From contig JAUWHC010000001.1 of assembly GCA_030606095.1 (NCBI GenBank), positions 1 through 41,094 on the forward strand: DNA of 41,094 nt. Reading direction: 5' to 3'. The notes beneath the pieces are model-generated. The model was given only the letters and a program-made list of their open reading frames with translations, ran no database searches and was not told where the DNA came from. Each line of letters starts with the position of its first letter. Within the stretch, counting starts at the first letter, position 1. Shown here piece by piece: positions 8,052 through 15,896 of this stretch. This stretch comes from Promethearchaeota archaeon (lineage in GTDB: Archaea; Asgardarchaeota; Lokiarchaeia; Sigyniarchaeales; SOKP01). The position numbers and the translations under genes were made by a program.

Positions 8052-8876
8052 ATGTACAATAAAGAATTAGGAATTATCGGTATTGGAAAAATCGGTTCTG
8101 GCTTATTAAAGAGATTAATTTCTACGAATACTCTTAAAAAAAACGAAATTATTATTTTTGATATAGATGAAGACAAAAGAAATATACGATCTAAGGAATT
8201 TAATGTTGAGATTGCTGAAAGTAATGCAGATTTAGTACGCTCATCCAAATATGTTTTAATTGCTGTTATTCCTCAAGTAATAGATACCGTTTTGCGTGAA
8301 ATTGGGCCAATTATTACAGAACAACAAACAATTATTTCTATAGCAGCGGGGATTTCTCTTACTCACATTGCTAAATTTATTAATACCCCAATAGGATTAA
8401 TAAGAATTATGACAAACACTCCAGCACTTATAGGTGCTGCAGCAACGGCAATATCGCACAACGAAAACATCAAAGATTACCAAATAGACTTTGTTAAAAA
8501 ACTTTTTAATGCTGTTGGTATAGTAGTAGAATTAGATGAAATTCATTTAGATGCGGTTACAGGACTATCTGGAAGCGGTCCCGCTTATATTTTTATTATT
8601 ATTGAAGCATTAGCTGATGGTGGCGTGAAAATGGGTTTACCTAGAGCCGTATCTCTAAAATTAGCTGCTCAAACTGTTTTGGGTTCCGCAAAATTATTAT
8701 TAGAAACAGGCAAACATCCCGGGGAACTGAAAGATATGGTAGCCACCCCTGGAGGAACGACAATTACTGCAATACACGAAATTGAATCCGCTAAATTGAG
8801 AGCAACTATGATTAGAGCCGTAGAATCAGCTACAATAAAATCGAAATCATTAAATTCTGCTAAAAATAAAAATTAA
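8052..8876 (+). CDS. proC: Pyrroline-5-carboxylate reductase
   Basis: N-terminal GIIGIGKIGSGL Rossmann motif; SGSGPAYIFIIIEALADGGVKMGLPR and TPGGTTI signature segments. Confidence 0.9.
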   Translation: MYNKELGIIGIGKIGSGLLKRLISTNTLKKNEIIIFDIDEDKRNIRSKEFNVEIAESNADLVRSSKYVLIAVIPQVIDTVLREIGPIITEQQTIISIAAGISLTHIAKFINTPIGLIRIMTNTPALIGAAATAISHNENIKDYQIDFVKKLFNAVGIVVELDEIHLDAVTGLSGSGPAYIFIIIEALADGGVKMGLPRAVSLKLAAQTVLGSAKLLLETGKHPGELKDMVATPGGTTITAIHEIESAKLRATMIRAVESATIKSKSLNSAKNKN

Positions 8877-9835
8877 TTGTTTTTAAAAGATATTGTATTT
8901 TTGTTATTAATAGTTAATTTAAAAATTAAAATTTCTGGTTTATATGTATTTAGAACTTCAAGAACCTCGTTTTCTTTTCCTTTTTTGCAAAACACATAAA
9001 CTGAGCGCCCTAATTGATTCATACTGGCGCCTATGATATCTAATTTATGTAAATCATTTAATAGTTCCCTAGTTCTATCTAAATGTAAAATATTCAATAT
9101 TTCTGATTCTTCTACAAATTGAAATGAAACCTTAATAAAATTTCTATAATTTGGCTCTAATGTTAATTTATTCAAGGCAATCTTACCAGCCCGTTTTATT
9201 TTTGAACTCAAACTTGCATCTGATAAGATTGATTTTGTTTGTATCGTTCCAAAAGAACCACAAATCACTAAAAGATCATTAGGACTTTTTAGGCGCTCAT
9301 AGGTGCAAGGATAACCTGGTTCTTTTAATATACATAGACCTCTTCCTAATTGACCACAGACGGTTCCTAATCCTGTTTTTTTTACAACTTCTGCAATATG
9401 GGCAATCTTTCCGTTTTCTGAATCGTCTAAGTTTAGATTAAATAGTTTGTTCAACCCAAAAATCGTTCCTAATGCACCTGAACCACTTGCACCATATCCG
9501 CATCCAACGGGTAAATCGAAAAAATGTTCTATCTTAACTTTAACGGGATCTTTTATCAATTTTTTAACGTAATCAAAGATAAAACATGTTGTTTCTGCTT
9601 TTTTATCAAACTTTTCTTCATTAATATAAATTGTACAACAACTTTCTTTTCCCTTCTCTAAGTTTTCAAATGATAAATCTGTTCTTCCTTTCCCACTTAC
9701 GTTAAATCCGGCTCCTCGAGAACCAATTTGTTCAGGATTGTTAATTTTATTGCCATTTTTTTTATCTACAATCTCAAAAAAGCCAGAAATACGATGTGGA
9801 ACTTCAACTGTAATTTTATTTGTCGTATTAGCCAT
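8873..9835 (-). CDS. GHMP-superfamily kinase, probably archaeal pantoate kinase (COG1829-like)
   Basis: GHMP motif LPVGCGYGASGSGALGT; N-terminal HRISGFFEI; about 320 aa. The other archaeal CoA-pathway genes (PPS, PanE) lie in the same window. Confidence 0.55.
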   Translation of the reverse strand: MANTTNKITVEVPHRISGFFEIVDKKNGNKINNPEQIGSRGAGFNVSGKGRTDLSFENLEKGKESCCTIYINEEKFDKKAETTCFIFDYVKKLIKDPVKVKIEHFFDLPVGCGYGASGSGALGTIFGLNKLFNLNLDDSENGKIAHIAEVVKKTGLGTVCGQLGRGLCILKEPGYPCTYERLKSPNDLLVICGSFGTIQTKSILSDASLSSKIKRAGKIALNKLTLEPNYRNFIKVSFQFVEESEILNILHLDRTRELLNDLHKLDIIGASMNQLGRSVYVFCKKGKENEVLEVLNTYKPEILIFKLTINNKNTISFKNN

Positions 9836-9910
9836 ATTCCTTGAATAATCAAATTTATCAATTCAATTATATATATATTATTAAAAAAGAAAAATCAATT
9901 ATATTTTATT

Positions 9911-10618
9911 ATGAATAAGAATATTGTAATAAAGATTGGGGGTTCTCTTTTATTTTCTGAAGGGAAAACGATAAATTCTAAAAAAATTACTGAATTTTGC
10001 AATGTAGTTAAAAACAAGAAAGAATACGATTCCATTGTTATTGTATGTGGAGGAGGAATAATAGCAAGGGAATACATTGATGTTATAAGAGATTTTACTC
10101 AGAATGAGGCTTTATGTGATTTGATTGGAATTGATATTTCGCGAATAAATTCTCGATTAATTATTTCCAATTTAAAAGAATTTGCTTACCCCCAAGTACC
10201 AAAATCAATTGAGGAGTTATCAATTGCTATTCTAACTCATAAAATTGTAGTAATGGGTGGTTTACAACCGGGCCAATCGACAACTTCCGTAGCTATCGAA
10301 GTTGCAGAATATATAAATGCAAACATCTTAATAATCCTCACAGATGTAGAAGGTATATTTGATAAAGATCCAAAACTCTTTAAAGATGCAAAATTGATAA
10401 AAAAACTTTCTTATAATAAATTACGAGATATAATTTTACATTCATCAGGAGATAAGCAAGCAGCTGCGGGAGAGTATAGGATTTTTGATGCTGTTTCTTT
10501 ACAAATATTAAAAAGAAGTAAAATTACAATAATGGTAATTTCAGGAAAAAAGTTAATTCAATTTAAAAATTTTTGGGATAATGAAAAAGAGATTATTGGT
10601 ACTACTATATCAAACTAA
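9911..10618 (+). CDS. pyrH: Uridylate (UMP) kinase, archaeal type
   Basis: IVIKIGGSLLF, VIVCGGGIIAREY, MGGLQPGQSTTSVA and LTDVEGIFDKDP are amino-acid-kinase-fold UMPK motifs. Confidence 0.85.
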   Translation: MNKNIVIKIGGSLLFSEGKTINSKKITEFCNVVKNKKEYDSIVIVCGGGIIAREYIDVIRDFTQNEALCDLIGIDISRINSRLIISNLKEFAYPQVPKSIEELSIAILTHKIVVMGGLQPGQSTTSVAIEVAEYINANILIILTDVEGIFDKDPKLFKDAKLIKKLSYNKLRDIILHSSGDKQAAAGEYRIFDAVSLQILKRSKITIMVISGKKLIQFKNFWDNEKEIIGTTISN

Positions 10619-10699
10619 GATTTTTTTATAATAAATTATTTTAATTTGCAACATTTTACTAACATAGTTCTAAACAGTTAATATGTAGATGAAATAAAA

Positions 10700-10933
10700 A
10701 TGTCTCAAGCTTCATGGAAAGACCAAATTAAAAAGAAATGGGGGCCACATAGTCATTGTCCAATATGCGGAAAGGCAATGCCAACGGATAAGCAGTTTTG
10801 CAGTCAAACTTGTCGAGATAATTATCATAACATTAATAAAAAGAAAAAGAAAAAAGGAAAGGTTCAAATGATTTTTATGTTCGGGATGATGGCGGTTCTT
10901 TTTGTATTTATGTTCGTTTTTGGAGGAATATAA
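10700..10933 (+). CDS. Small zinc-ribbon protein with a C-terminal transmembrane helix (DUF2116-like)
   Basis: HSHCPICGKAMPTDKQFCSQTCRDNY zinc ribbon, a Lys-rich linker and a hydrophobic tail MIFMFGMMAVLFVFMFVFGGI. Confidence 0.65.
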   Translation: MSQASWKDQIKKKWGPHSHCPICGKAMPTDKQFCSQTCRDNYHNINKKKKKKGKVQMIFMFGMMAVLFVFMFVFGGI

Positions 10934-10985
10934 TACGAATATCACCTCATCTTCAAAAAATTACTAAATTATACTTATCATTACA

Positions 10986-10995
10986 AAATATATAA
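10986..10995 (+). promoter_or_regulatory. Candidate TATA box for tRNA-Leu
   Basis: aatatataag is centred about 27-30 nt upstream of the tRNA 5' end (11020). Confidence 0.35.
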
Positions 10996-11019
10996 GAGAT
11001 AATAAAGAATTAAAATAAA

Positions 11020-11185
11020 GCAGAGATAACCAAGCCAGGTCAAAGCAAGAATTATTTCTAAATAAGGAATAATAAAGCGGCAACCGGTGATGGACATTTT
11101 CAAAAACCATAATCTTTTGCGTTTTTGAACCACACTCAAGATCCATTGACATAGGTCTACAGGGGTTCAAATCCCCTTCTCTGCA
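11020..11185 (+). tRNA. tRNA-Leu(CAA) interrupted by two non-canonical introns (D-arm and anticodon stem/loop junction)
   Basis: Acceptor gcagaga (11020-26) pairs with tctctgc (11178-84); discriminator a11185. D arm is acc-aagccaggtcaaa, then a 41-nt insert (11045-11085), then ggt-g. Anticodon stem atgga (11090-94), then a ~40-nt insert (11095-11134), loop ctcaaga (caa at 11137-39), stem tccat (11142-46). Long variable arm tgacataggtctac; T arm agggg-ttcaaat-cccct. 166 minus 81 gives 85 nt, the class II tRNA size. A T-run follows. Confidence 0.8.
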
Positions 11186-11225
11186 TTTTTTCTCTTCAAA
11201 ATAGGTCTCATTTCAACCTCTTTAA

Positions 11226-11594
11226 TTATTTATCAGTACTATTAGAGATCTCATTTAACGCTTCATTTAAGAATAAGATCAGCGCTTTTGCGATCTCGCT
11301 TTCGTTTTCTACTGATTTCAAAAACAGTAATAATAATACTGGGGCATTAAGATAAGAAGTTGTCTTTTCAACAATAATTTTACTTAATAATTTTCTTTGG
11401 ACTCCGAATAACAGATGTGTAACTGATGACGCTTTCATTCCTTCAATTGTAGGGGGACTTCCTAAAGTTACATTTCCGATACCTCTGTTTTCTTGATCAG
11501 AGATAAGCAAGAGATAACTTTTTTGCAATTTAAAGAGCGATAAATAAATCTTAATCTTATCAATCTCTTTAGTTTTTTCGATTATGGGTTTCAT
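11226..11594 (-). CDS. Hypothetical protein (122 aa); weak pattern resemblance to proteasome assembly chaperone PAC4/PSMG4
   Basis: The ORF has a clean start. The pattern SYLLLISDQ..IGNVTLGSP...VTHLLFG...KIIVEKTTSYLNAPVLLLLFL resembles the strand/helix pattern of PSMG4 as I remember it. Unverified. Confidence 0.45.
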   Translation of the reverse strand: MKPIIEKTKEIDKIKIYLSLFKLQKSYLLLISDQENRGIGNVTLGSPPTIEGMKASSVTHLLFGVQRKLLSKIIVEKTTSYLNAPVLLLLFLKSVENESEIAKALILFLNEALNEISNSTDK

Positions 11595-11633
11595 TTCTTA
11601 TAAATACTATTAAATCTTTAATAAATTTGCGTT

Positions 11634-12446
11634 TTATAGACCTTCAATTTTTGTTTCTTTAATGGCTTCTTCTACTTCATAATTTTTGTGAACAACTAGA
11701 TAAAGCGCTTTCACAACTTTTGTAGGATTATCCGCTTGAAATACATTTCTTCCATAGGCAACTCCAGCTCCTCCAACATCTATGGATTGCTTAGTTATTT
11801 CCAAGAGTTCTTTAACCCCCGCCTTAACTCCTCCCGCGATAATTACTGGTGCCATACACCCCTCAACTACTTCACTAAAGGAATCAGGGTCTCCCGTCCA
11901 ATTAGTTTTCACAATATCTGCCCCTAGTTCAGCAGCGACTCTTACTGCTATTTTAACGACCTCAACATCGTTTTCGTTTTCGATATTCTCCCCTCTAGGA
12001 TACATCATAGCCAAAAGGGGCATTCCAAACTCTCGGCATTCACGTGAAACTACTCCTAGAATTTCTAACATTTCTGGATCTGCCTTTGTTCCAATATTAA
12101 TATGCAAAGATACACCATCGGCTCCTAATTTTACTGCGTCTAAAACATTATTTACTAAAACTTTATAATTTGACTTGGGACTTAGAGAGGTTGAACCAGA
12201 TAAATGTAAAATTAAGCCAATATCTGGACCATATCTTCTATGGGCGTATAATGGAATCCCTATATGCCCTAAAACGGCATTTGCGCCCCCTAAAGCTATT
12301 TTGTTTACCATTTCCCCTAAACTACTTTTAATTCCTTTAATAGGGCCTACAGTTAATCCATGGTCCATAGGAACTATGATCGTCTTATTTGTTTCCCTAT
12401 TAAAAATTCGTTCTAATCTAATTCTTTTCCCTATATAACCCGAAAT
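11634..12446 (-). CDS. DhnA-type class I aldolase (archaeal FBP aldolase class IA or ADH synthase AroA'); 5' end extended to an in-frame ATT
   Basis: VPMDHG, LHLSGST, MYPRG, DIVKTNW (Schiff-base Lys region), IAGG and GRNVFQ motifs. The frame is open upstream of the first ATG (12366-68) to stop taa (12450-52). That stretch encodes SISGYIGKRIRLERIFNRETNKTIIVP, the conserved N-terminal segment of this family. Confidence 0.8.
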   Translation of the reverse strand: MSGYIGKRIRLERIFNRETNKTIIVPMDHGLTVGPIKGIKSSLGEMVNKIALGGANAVLGHIGIPLYAHRRYGPDIGLILHLSGSTSLSPKSNYKVLVNNVLDAVKLGADGVSLHINIGTKADPEMLEILGVVSRECREFGMPLLAMMYPRGENIENENDVEVVKIAVRVAAELGADIVKTNWTGDPDSFSEVVEGCMAPVIIAGGVKAGVKELLEITKQSIDVGGAGVAYGRNVFQADNPTKVVKALYLVVHKNYEVEEAIKETKIEGL

Positions 12447-12560
12447 CGATTATTCACCAATTTAACAATGAATTTATAATTTAATTTAAATTAAGAATTA
12501 TATTATATAGTTTACAGCATTTTTTTAATTCTATTAAATTATATAAATCTTTGATTTTTA

Positions 12561-12782
12561 ATGTATAGGTCTAAAGACAATTCTACTATTAAAAAGAATA
12601 ATGTGCTAACACGATGTTATAATTGCGATAGTGAATTAATTAACCCAAATCAAAAATATTGTGAAAATTGCAATGCAATTCTTAATCCTAACGATTTGAA
12701 GTGGAGAAATAGTTTTATTGCTTTTATCTGTCTATTATGTTTAATTCCCTTAATTATCGTAGTCGGTATTAATTTAATGTGA
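12561..12782 (+). CDS. Small zinc-ribbon membrane protein
   Basis: CYNCDSELINPNQKYCENCNAIL (CxxC-x12-CxxC) followed by a transmembrane helix FIAFICLLCLIPLIIVVGINL. Confidence 0.5.
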   Translation: MYRSKDNSTIKKNNVLTRCYNCDSELINPNQKYCENCNAILNPNDLKWRNSFIAFICLLCLIPLIIVVGINLM

Positions 12783-12791
12783 ATATAATTA

Positions 12792-13181
12792 CTAAGGAGA
12801 AAAAACAACATCTGAGATACGTTGCCGACGTATATCAAAATCATGATCAACATAAAGAGTGATACAATGTTGATCTTTGTTTTGAGGGTTTTTGTGAATA
12901 TAACTTATAGGAACAACAGGTAGCTTTGATTTTGATATAAAATTCTTTGGAATTGGCACGGGGATTATTTCTTTACACCGCTCACAATTAACTAAAACTA
13001 CTTTTATTTTTTCAGATTCAAGCTTTTTCATTTTAATAAGCAAGTCAGTAGAAAGACCCAGAGAATTAACTGTTAACTTTTTTGGTGCTTCAGGAACTAA
13101 GGGAATATCCATTTCTAAATCCTCATCTGTTCTATACACTGATTTTCCTTTTTCAAACTTTTTTTTTGGTTGTTTAACCAC
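12792..13181 (-). CDS. Hypothetical protein (129 aa) immediately downstream of the profilin-like gene
   Basis: GTG-initiated ORF with a Lys-rich N-terminus, CERC, and ISYIHKNPQNKDQHCITLYVDHDFDIRRQRI. No family recognised. Confidence 0.5.
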   Translation of the reverse strand: MVKQPKKKFEKGKSVYRTDEDLEMDIPLVPEAPKKLTVNSLGLSTDLLIKMKKLESEKIKVVLVNCERCKEIIPVPIPKNFISKSKLPVVPISYIHKNPQNKDQHCITLYVDHDFDIRRQRISDVVFSP

Positions 13182-13331
13182 TTTTCTTCGCTCGTTACTA
13201 TTTTAAGAATTTAGATTTTTGGAAGGTAATTTATTGGAGAGAGGTATTTGTCATTACTTTTTGAAGATTTTTGATTGTTATTGTTTTTTTTTGAGAAATT
13301 TCTAATAATATGACTATAATTAAAAGTCAAA

Positions 13332-13940
13332 TTATACTCCAAATATTTGCCTTAACTCGTTATATACTTTTGAAAGTTCGGATATGATATGGGCGTTATT
13401 TTGTTGAAGATAATAATTAATATATCCTGAAAGCCCCTCGCCATCTTTAATCCATTCTAAGAAAGACTGAATTTCCCCTTTTAATTGAGGATCTATATTT
13501 TTTCCTGCAACAGGCGCAGGGGTTACACTGCTTCCACTAAATTGTGCGTTACTATTCACATAAGCTTTTTTTGTACTTAACTCTGAAACTGCTCTTGCTG
13601 TATCCATCGTTGCCCCCATAGGTTCACCATCGGGTTCAAGGTATATTATTACTTTGTGTTCTTCATCTTTTGCTCCAATTATGTGTCCTTCGCCCCGAAT
13701 TGAAGTAGCCACCATCCTTTCTGATGTACATTGAAGCACAGAATATTTCACACCCGAAATCATGACAAACGGAGCGTTTAAGCTGCTCCAACTTGAACTA
13801 ACTTTACCAATATCAGGGCTAATGTCCCAGTTATCTGTTGAGTAAACAATGTTATTTCTTCCTTGAATTACAGCAGCAGCAATAATACTGGGATCTTTTT
13901 GCAATAAATTATAAATTACAGTTGCAGGATCAGTTGGCAT
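13332..13940 (-). CDS. Profilin-like protein with a ~75-aa C-terminal extension
   Basis: Residues ~1-125 follow the profilin pattern: IYNLLQKDPSIIAAAVIQGRNNIVYSTDNWDISPD..., ISGVKYSVLQCTSERMVATSIRGEGHIIGAKDEEHKVIIYLEPDGEPMGATMDTARAVSEL. Compare eukaryotic AAIxGxDGxxWAxS...GxKYxVIQ...GKKGxxG...KT...Y...G....V..L.DYL. Residues ~126-202 are an extra Ser/Pro linker plus a helical tail. Confidence 0.65.
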   Translation of the reverse strand: MPTDPATVIYNLLQKDPSIIAAAVIQGRNNIVYSTDNWDISPDIGKVSSSWSSLNAPFVMISGVKYSVLQCTSERMVATSIRGEGHIIGAKDEEHKVIIYLEPDGEPMGATMDTARAVSELSTKKAYVNSNAQFSGSSVTPAPVAGKNIDPQLKGEIQSFLEWIKDGEGLSGYINYYLQQNNAHIISELSKVYNELRQIFGV

Positions 13941-14047
13941 TTTTTCCTCAATTTTTTAGATTTATATATCCTAGTGAAGAATTAATAATAATATATTAGT
14001 ATAAATATAATTATAAAATTTTTATTAAAATGTTATGGGTTTGTATT

Positions 14048-14506
14048 TTATTTTTTTGATGCCCTTATATTAATTCTTCCAAACATAGGTTTTTCTTGAA
14101 ATTTATTCTTTTCAGATTTTAATTTATTCATATCGTTTTTAAATATTATTTTATTTTGAAAAAATAATTTATGTTTGGAATCATTTTTTTTTAGTTCATT
14201 TAGATGATCTTTTAAATATATTTCTTTCCTAAACAATTTCCCACACACTGGGCAACTGAAATATGGATCTTCCAAAAGACCTTTAGGTGCTTTAACAACA
14301 ACTGGAAAAATTTTTCTTTTATGTGATATTCCATTAAGATTCCGACAATAATGTCTTCGCAATTTTCCATAAGGTGGATACTCAAAAAAAATTTTGCTTC
14401 CATGAGTGCATTCCCAAAATAGCACATCTGCACCACATTTTCTGCAAGATGTCTTAAAAGATCGAAGATAACAATGTTTACCGTGACTTTTATAAAAATG
14501 TCGCAT
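14048..14506 (-). CDS. Zinc-finger protein (C2H2-like plus Cys/His-rich N-terminus), basic C-terminal tail
   Basis: CRKCGADVLFWECTHG...HYC and FSCPVCGKLFRKEIYLKDHLNELKKNDSKH, followed by a Lys-rich tail. Confidence 0.55.
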   Translation of the reverse strand: MRHFYKSHGKHCYLRSFKTSCRKCGADVLFWECTHGSKIFFEYPPYGKLRRHYCRNLNGISHKRKIFPVVVKAPKGLLEDPYFSCPVCGKLFRKEIYLKDHLNELKKNDSKHKLFFQNKIIFKNDMNKLKSEKNKFQEKPMFGRINIRASKK

Positions 14507-14675
14507 TATATAATCAGAAAAATATAACTTATTAAAATTTTTCGGTGAAATGTTAAAACTAAATTTTTAAAATGTGATTTTTATTAACTGATAAATCCTA
14601 AAAACGCAAACATTTAAATGTATGACTTTAATTATAGAAATTAAGGAATTGAAAAATATACGTGGGTATAAGTAA

Positions 14676-15605
14676 TTGGATCTTTCAATGCTTCAAAATA
14701 ATTTAAATTTATGCCCAGAATGTGGGAATACAAATCTGATTTCTGATAGCACCCGTGGTGAGATAATTTGCAATTTATGTGGTTTAGTTTTAAGCCAAAA
14801 AATCATTGATTCTGGTCCTGAATGGAGAGCTTTTTCTTCAGAAGAAGCCAATAAAAAAGTTAGAGTAGGAGCGCCAACAACTTTGACAATTCATGATAAA
14901 GGATTAAGTACTATGATTGGGTGGAAAAATAAAGACGCGTTCGGTAAATGTATCAGCCCAAAAATGAAAGCTGAAGTATATCGTTTAAGAAAATGGCATG
15001 TAAGAACGAGGACAAATAAATCAATAGATCGGAATTTAGCTTATGCTATGAACGAATTAGATCGCTTTTCTTCTCAATTGAATCTGTCCAAAGCTTTAAA
15101 AGAATCGGCTGCTCATATATACAGAAAAATGGCTCATAAAAATCTAATAAGAGGAAGATCTATTGAGGCAATGTTGATTGCTTCTATCTATCTATCATGC
15201 AGGTTGAATAATATTCCGAAAACTTTGGATGATTTTATCGAATTTGCCCTAGTTGATAAAAAAAAAATTGCTCGTTGTTATAGGTTAATTCTAATTGAAT
15301 TAAAAATAAATATTCAAGTTTCCTCTCCAATTAATTTTATCCCTAGATTCTGCGCTGAATTAAAACTTTCAGGAAGAACTCAGAATCGAGCAGCAGAGTT
15401 ATTAAAATTAGCAAAAAAATACCATATTACTGCTGGAAAAGCACCCACAGGCCTAGCGGGTGCTGCTTTATATGTAGCGGCGATACAAGAGGGAGAACGC
15501 CGGACTCAAAGAGAGATCTCATTAGCAGCAGGTGTAACTGAAGCTACTATACGGAACAGATATAAAGAACTTGTTAATCATATGAGATTTGAATTAAAAC
15601 CATAG
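14676..15605 (+). CDS. tfb: Transcription initiation factor B (TFIIB homologue)
   Basis: N-terminal zinc ribbon CPECGNTNLISDSTRGEIICNLCGLV, B-reader/linker GPEWRAF, and two cyclin-fold repeats (RGRSIEAMLIASIYLSCR; GKAPTGLAGAALYVA). The start is TTG at 14676 or ATG at 14688. Confidence 0.95.
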   Translation: MDLSMLQNNLNLCPECGNTNLISDSTRGEIICNLCGLVLSQKIIDSGPEWRAFSSEEANKKVRVGAPTTLTIHDKGLSTMIGWKNKDAFGKCISPKMKAEVYRLRKWHVRTRTNKSIDRNLAYAMNELDRFSSQLNLSKALKESAAHIYRKMAHKNLIRGRSIEAMLIASIYLSCRLNNIPKTLDDFIEFALVDKKKIARCYRLILIELKINIQVSSPINFIPRFCAELKLSGRTQNRAAELLKLAKKYHITAGKAPTGLAGAALYVAAIQEGERRTQREISLAAGVTEATIRNRYKELVNHMRFELKP

Positions 15606-15645
15606 ATTGCATTTAAAAAAATCTTACTTTCAAACGAATAAAGTT

Positions 15646-15795
15646 TTATATCACTTTAATTCTTTTTATAACATCAGGGCGTTTTTTGTATAGGATGCGA
15701 AATCCACAGTGAGAACATTTTATTCCAGGAAGAGCGTTTAATTCTTTTTTAGAGACTTCTTTCCCACAACTTTTTCTTGCGCAAACATACTTCAT
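15646..15795 (-). CDS. rpoP: DNA-directed RNA polymerase subunit P (Rpo12/RPABC4 homologue)
   Basis: MKYVCARKSCGKEVSKKELNALPGIKCSHCGFRILYKKRP matches the YxCxxCG...IRCPxCGxRILxKxR zinc-ribbon family. The longer track ORF (to 15873) adds a hydrophobic, non-conserved leader and is probably not translated. Confidence 0.8.
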   Translation of the reverse strand: MKYVCARKSCGKEVSKKELNALPGIKCSHCGFRILYKKRPDVIKRIKVI

Positions 15796-15896
15796 ATTTA
15801 TTAAAAATGAATTATTGTTAAAAAATTTTTCGCAAATAATTAAAGTTGTTAGTAGAATTCCTAATAACATCAATAATGAAAAAAAAATAAATAATT

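Noticed and set aside
10838-10862. A-rich run (aaaaagaaaaagaaaaaaggaaag) in the DUF2116 gene as a possible programmed frameshift site
   Set aside because: It simply encodes a poly-Lys linker in frame. The downstream transmembrane helix is in the same frame, so no shift is needed.
10964-11170. 68-aa ORF on the minus strand
   Set aside because: It lies entirely over the tRNA-Leu(CAA) gene and its introns, so it is an artefact of the structured RNA locus.
11736-12438. Plus-strand ORFs (63, 128 and 87 aa) over the aldolase gene
   Set aside because: They are antisense to a strongly supported DhnA-type aldolase and have no motifs.
15796-15873. 26-codon N-terminal extension of the RpoP ORF
   Set aside because: The extension is hydrophobic and not part of the conserved ~48-aa Rpo12 zinc ribbon. 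The internal ATG at 15795 gives the canonical protein.
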